This document shows, piece after piece, positions 61,962-64,000 of a stretch of DNA of 64,000 bases. Location: contig JBHGNT010000011.1 in the NCBI GenBank assembly GCA_043228905.1, positions 17,236,001-17,300,000 of the forward strand, given 5' to 3'. The notes under the pieces were generated by a model that worked only from the letters and a program-made list of their open reading frames with translations, was not told the DNA's origin and did no database searches. The DNA is from Azolla caroliniana. Lineage: Eukaryota > Plantae > Polypodiophyta. How positions within the stretch are numbered: the stretch's first letter is position 1; every line of letters begins with the position of its first letter. The position numbers and the translations under genes are program-made.

Positions 61962-64000
61962 TTATAATCGGGATGAATTCCAACTTGCATCCACAGCTTC
62001 AATCAATATATTGTGTAGAGCCTTTCCCGAGCACACAATTATGCCCCTATCTAAATCCTCTAAAAATCTTCCTTGAGAAAAATCAAGCGGCTTGCCTCCA
62101 GCATCAGTCACAACCCCTCCGGCTTCTTCCACTATAATCACTCCTGCAGCATGATCCCAAATCTTTTCTTTATAACCTGACCTTGCAAACTTCATGAAGA
62201 TCTCTACATCACCACGTGCAATCGCACCATATTTTGCCATGCTATACACCCTTAGGGGTTGTTTTCTAGAAACAAAACAGACAAACATATGATAGAATAA
62301 ACATAAGTGACAAGAAACATCAACTGCAAATCTATGAAAAAGATACCTTTGGAAAAAACACTACCATGGTTATAACTTATGACAGGTGGACCTTTTGAAT
62401 GAAAAAACTATTTATGGCCACATAATAGAACAGAACAAACTTTAGTTCTGGACTTACTTTAACCCGATGCTCGATGCAAGCCCTGCAGTGATAGACTGGC
62501 TCGAGTTTGCCTTTTCAACAGGTTCACAAAATGTGGCCTCACTTGGATCCTCAATCAACGAAACCGAAACACGTCTCACTAGTTTCATCATTTCAGGGTT
62601 TGATACATTCCATATTAAAGGTTGCATCCACGATCCTTTTCCCCTTTGTGCCATGAACACACAACCTTTGTCCCACACATTAGCCCTAAGTGGGGCTGAC
62701 AGGTTGCTAAGGAATCGATAATATTTGTGGTGATACCTGAGCCACTCTTTTCGCATAGGGAGGTTAGGGCAACCTAGAACGCCAAGGACTACTTCTCCAT
62801 CTTCTATAAGAGAAAGAGCAACAGCATATTGATCACACCTAACAAACCCCAGTGTTCCATCTACAGGGTCGAGAACCCAGTATCTCCCTTTAGGTCCACC
62901 AATCAATGAACCTTTGTTGATCGCCTTAAGGACATCAACTGATGCCAGAGGATGACTAGGTGGATTTAACCCTACAATAGCACATGAATTGAGGCATTCA
63001 TTAACAGTATCGACAACCCTTTGTAGCATATGGATGCCATCCATCCCTTTGAGTGCATTGCTATCTTCTTCGGCTATTAGGTTCACTTCTTCATTTTTGA
63101 AGGATGCTGAGAGAACCCAGCTTATCACTGCTTGGACTCCCCAATCTGATTCATATAACACGCATTGAATTATACATGGTATGGCCTACAGCAACTACAA
63201 TGTATATATAGATAGCATCATAATTAATCATGAAAATTTATCAAATACATATCTATAAGGTGTTGTATACATCCAATTACTTATTTAAGTACCATCATAA
63301 TGAATCATGGAAATAATCAAAGACCATAACTAATCGTCAACGGCCACCTGAAGACCTAAATACACTACATATACCTGAACTCGTTACTAATCACCAAAAG
63401 AACATGCCATAATACAACTATAAAATCATAAATAGCTACTACAATCACAAAACAGGCTGGCCCATAACTAATCATCAACGGCCTCCTGAAGACCTAAATA
63501 CACTACATATACCTGAACTCGTTACTAAACATCAAAAGAACATGCCTTAATACAACTATTAAATCATAATAGCTACTCCAATCACAAAACAGGCTAGCCC
63601 ATAGTAAATTATTACCAACATAATAGCAATATGCATAAAGACAGAACAACAATCATAGCTCTCGTGTTGTTCTAAGGATCATGATTACAAAATGCATAAT
63701 TGAAAGAAAAGGAAAAAAGGCAATAATTGTGTATCAAGATTCACAATCCAACAAACTTATAACTGCAGAAGAAACTAACCCGCTACAGTGACGAGAGACC
63801 TATCCGTTTTTGATCCTGCTTTCTCTTCTTTCCTTAGAATTCTTTCTTGAACTTGTTGAGTTAAGTAACAAGATAGCTGCACAGCTCTGACAGCCACATC
63901 AATCTCTCTGGCATATCTTCCTTGCAATGCTTCCTCAGGGAGCGTCATACCACGGTTTAAAACCTCATCTTTTCTATCCACAGAAGAAGAAGAAGAGCCA
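61962..64000 (-). CDS. AHL: PAP-specific phosphatase, HAL2-like (3'(2'),5'-bisphosphate nucleotidase); 5' end outside the window
   Basis: Exons >64000-63780, 63145-62458, 62265-61962 with GT-AG junctions. Motifs [40 protein letters not shown]. Confidence 0.92.
63324..63600. repeat. ~138-bp tandem duplication in a phosphatase intron
   Basis: 63324-63461 is repeated imperfectly from 63462. Confidence 0.85.

Overview
Eukaryotic plant nuclear DNA, probably a non-seed land plant such as a fern or lycophyte (inferred from the transposon lineages; species not determinable). The first ~37 kb is a nest of transposable elements: the 5' end of an LTR element, a complete but disabled hAT transposon, two decayed L1-type LINEs carrying nested LTR insertions, a truncated Ty1/copia interrupted by a young full-length Ty3/gypsy, and a near-intact full-length RTEX-like LINE. 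The last ~23 kb holds three host genes: a 12-exon group III GSK3/Shaggy-like kinase, a 6-exon laccase and a 5'-incomplete HAL2-like (AHL) PAP phosphatase. The most unusual object is a Ty3/gypsy element (29753-35511) bounded by two INVERTED, non-identical LTR+PBS arms, with open gag-PR-RT-RH, no integrase and a clean 4-bp TSD. Its family also shows a conserved -1 frameshift pseudoknot between protease and RT, tRNA-Trp priming, NCGT target sites, and a tRNA-like Pol III module in some LTRs. All alignments were done by eye; no database searches were run.
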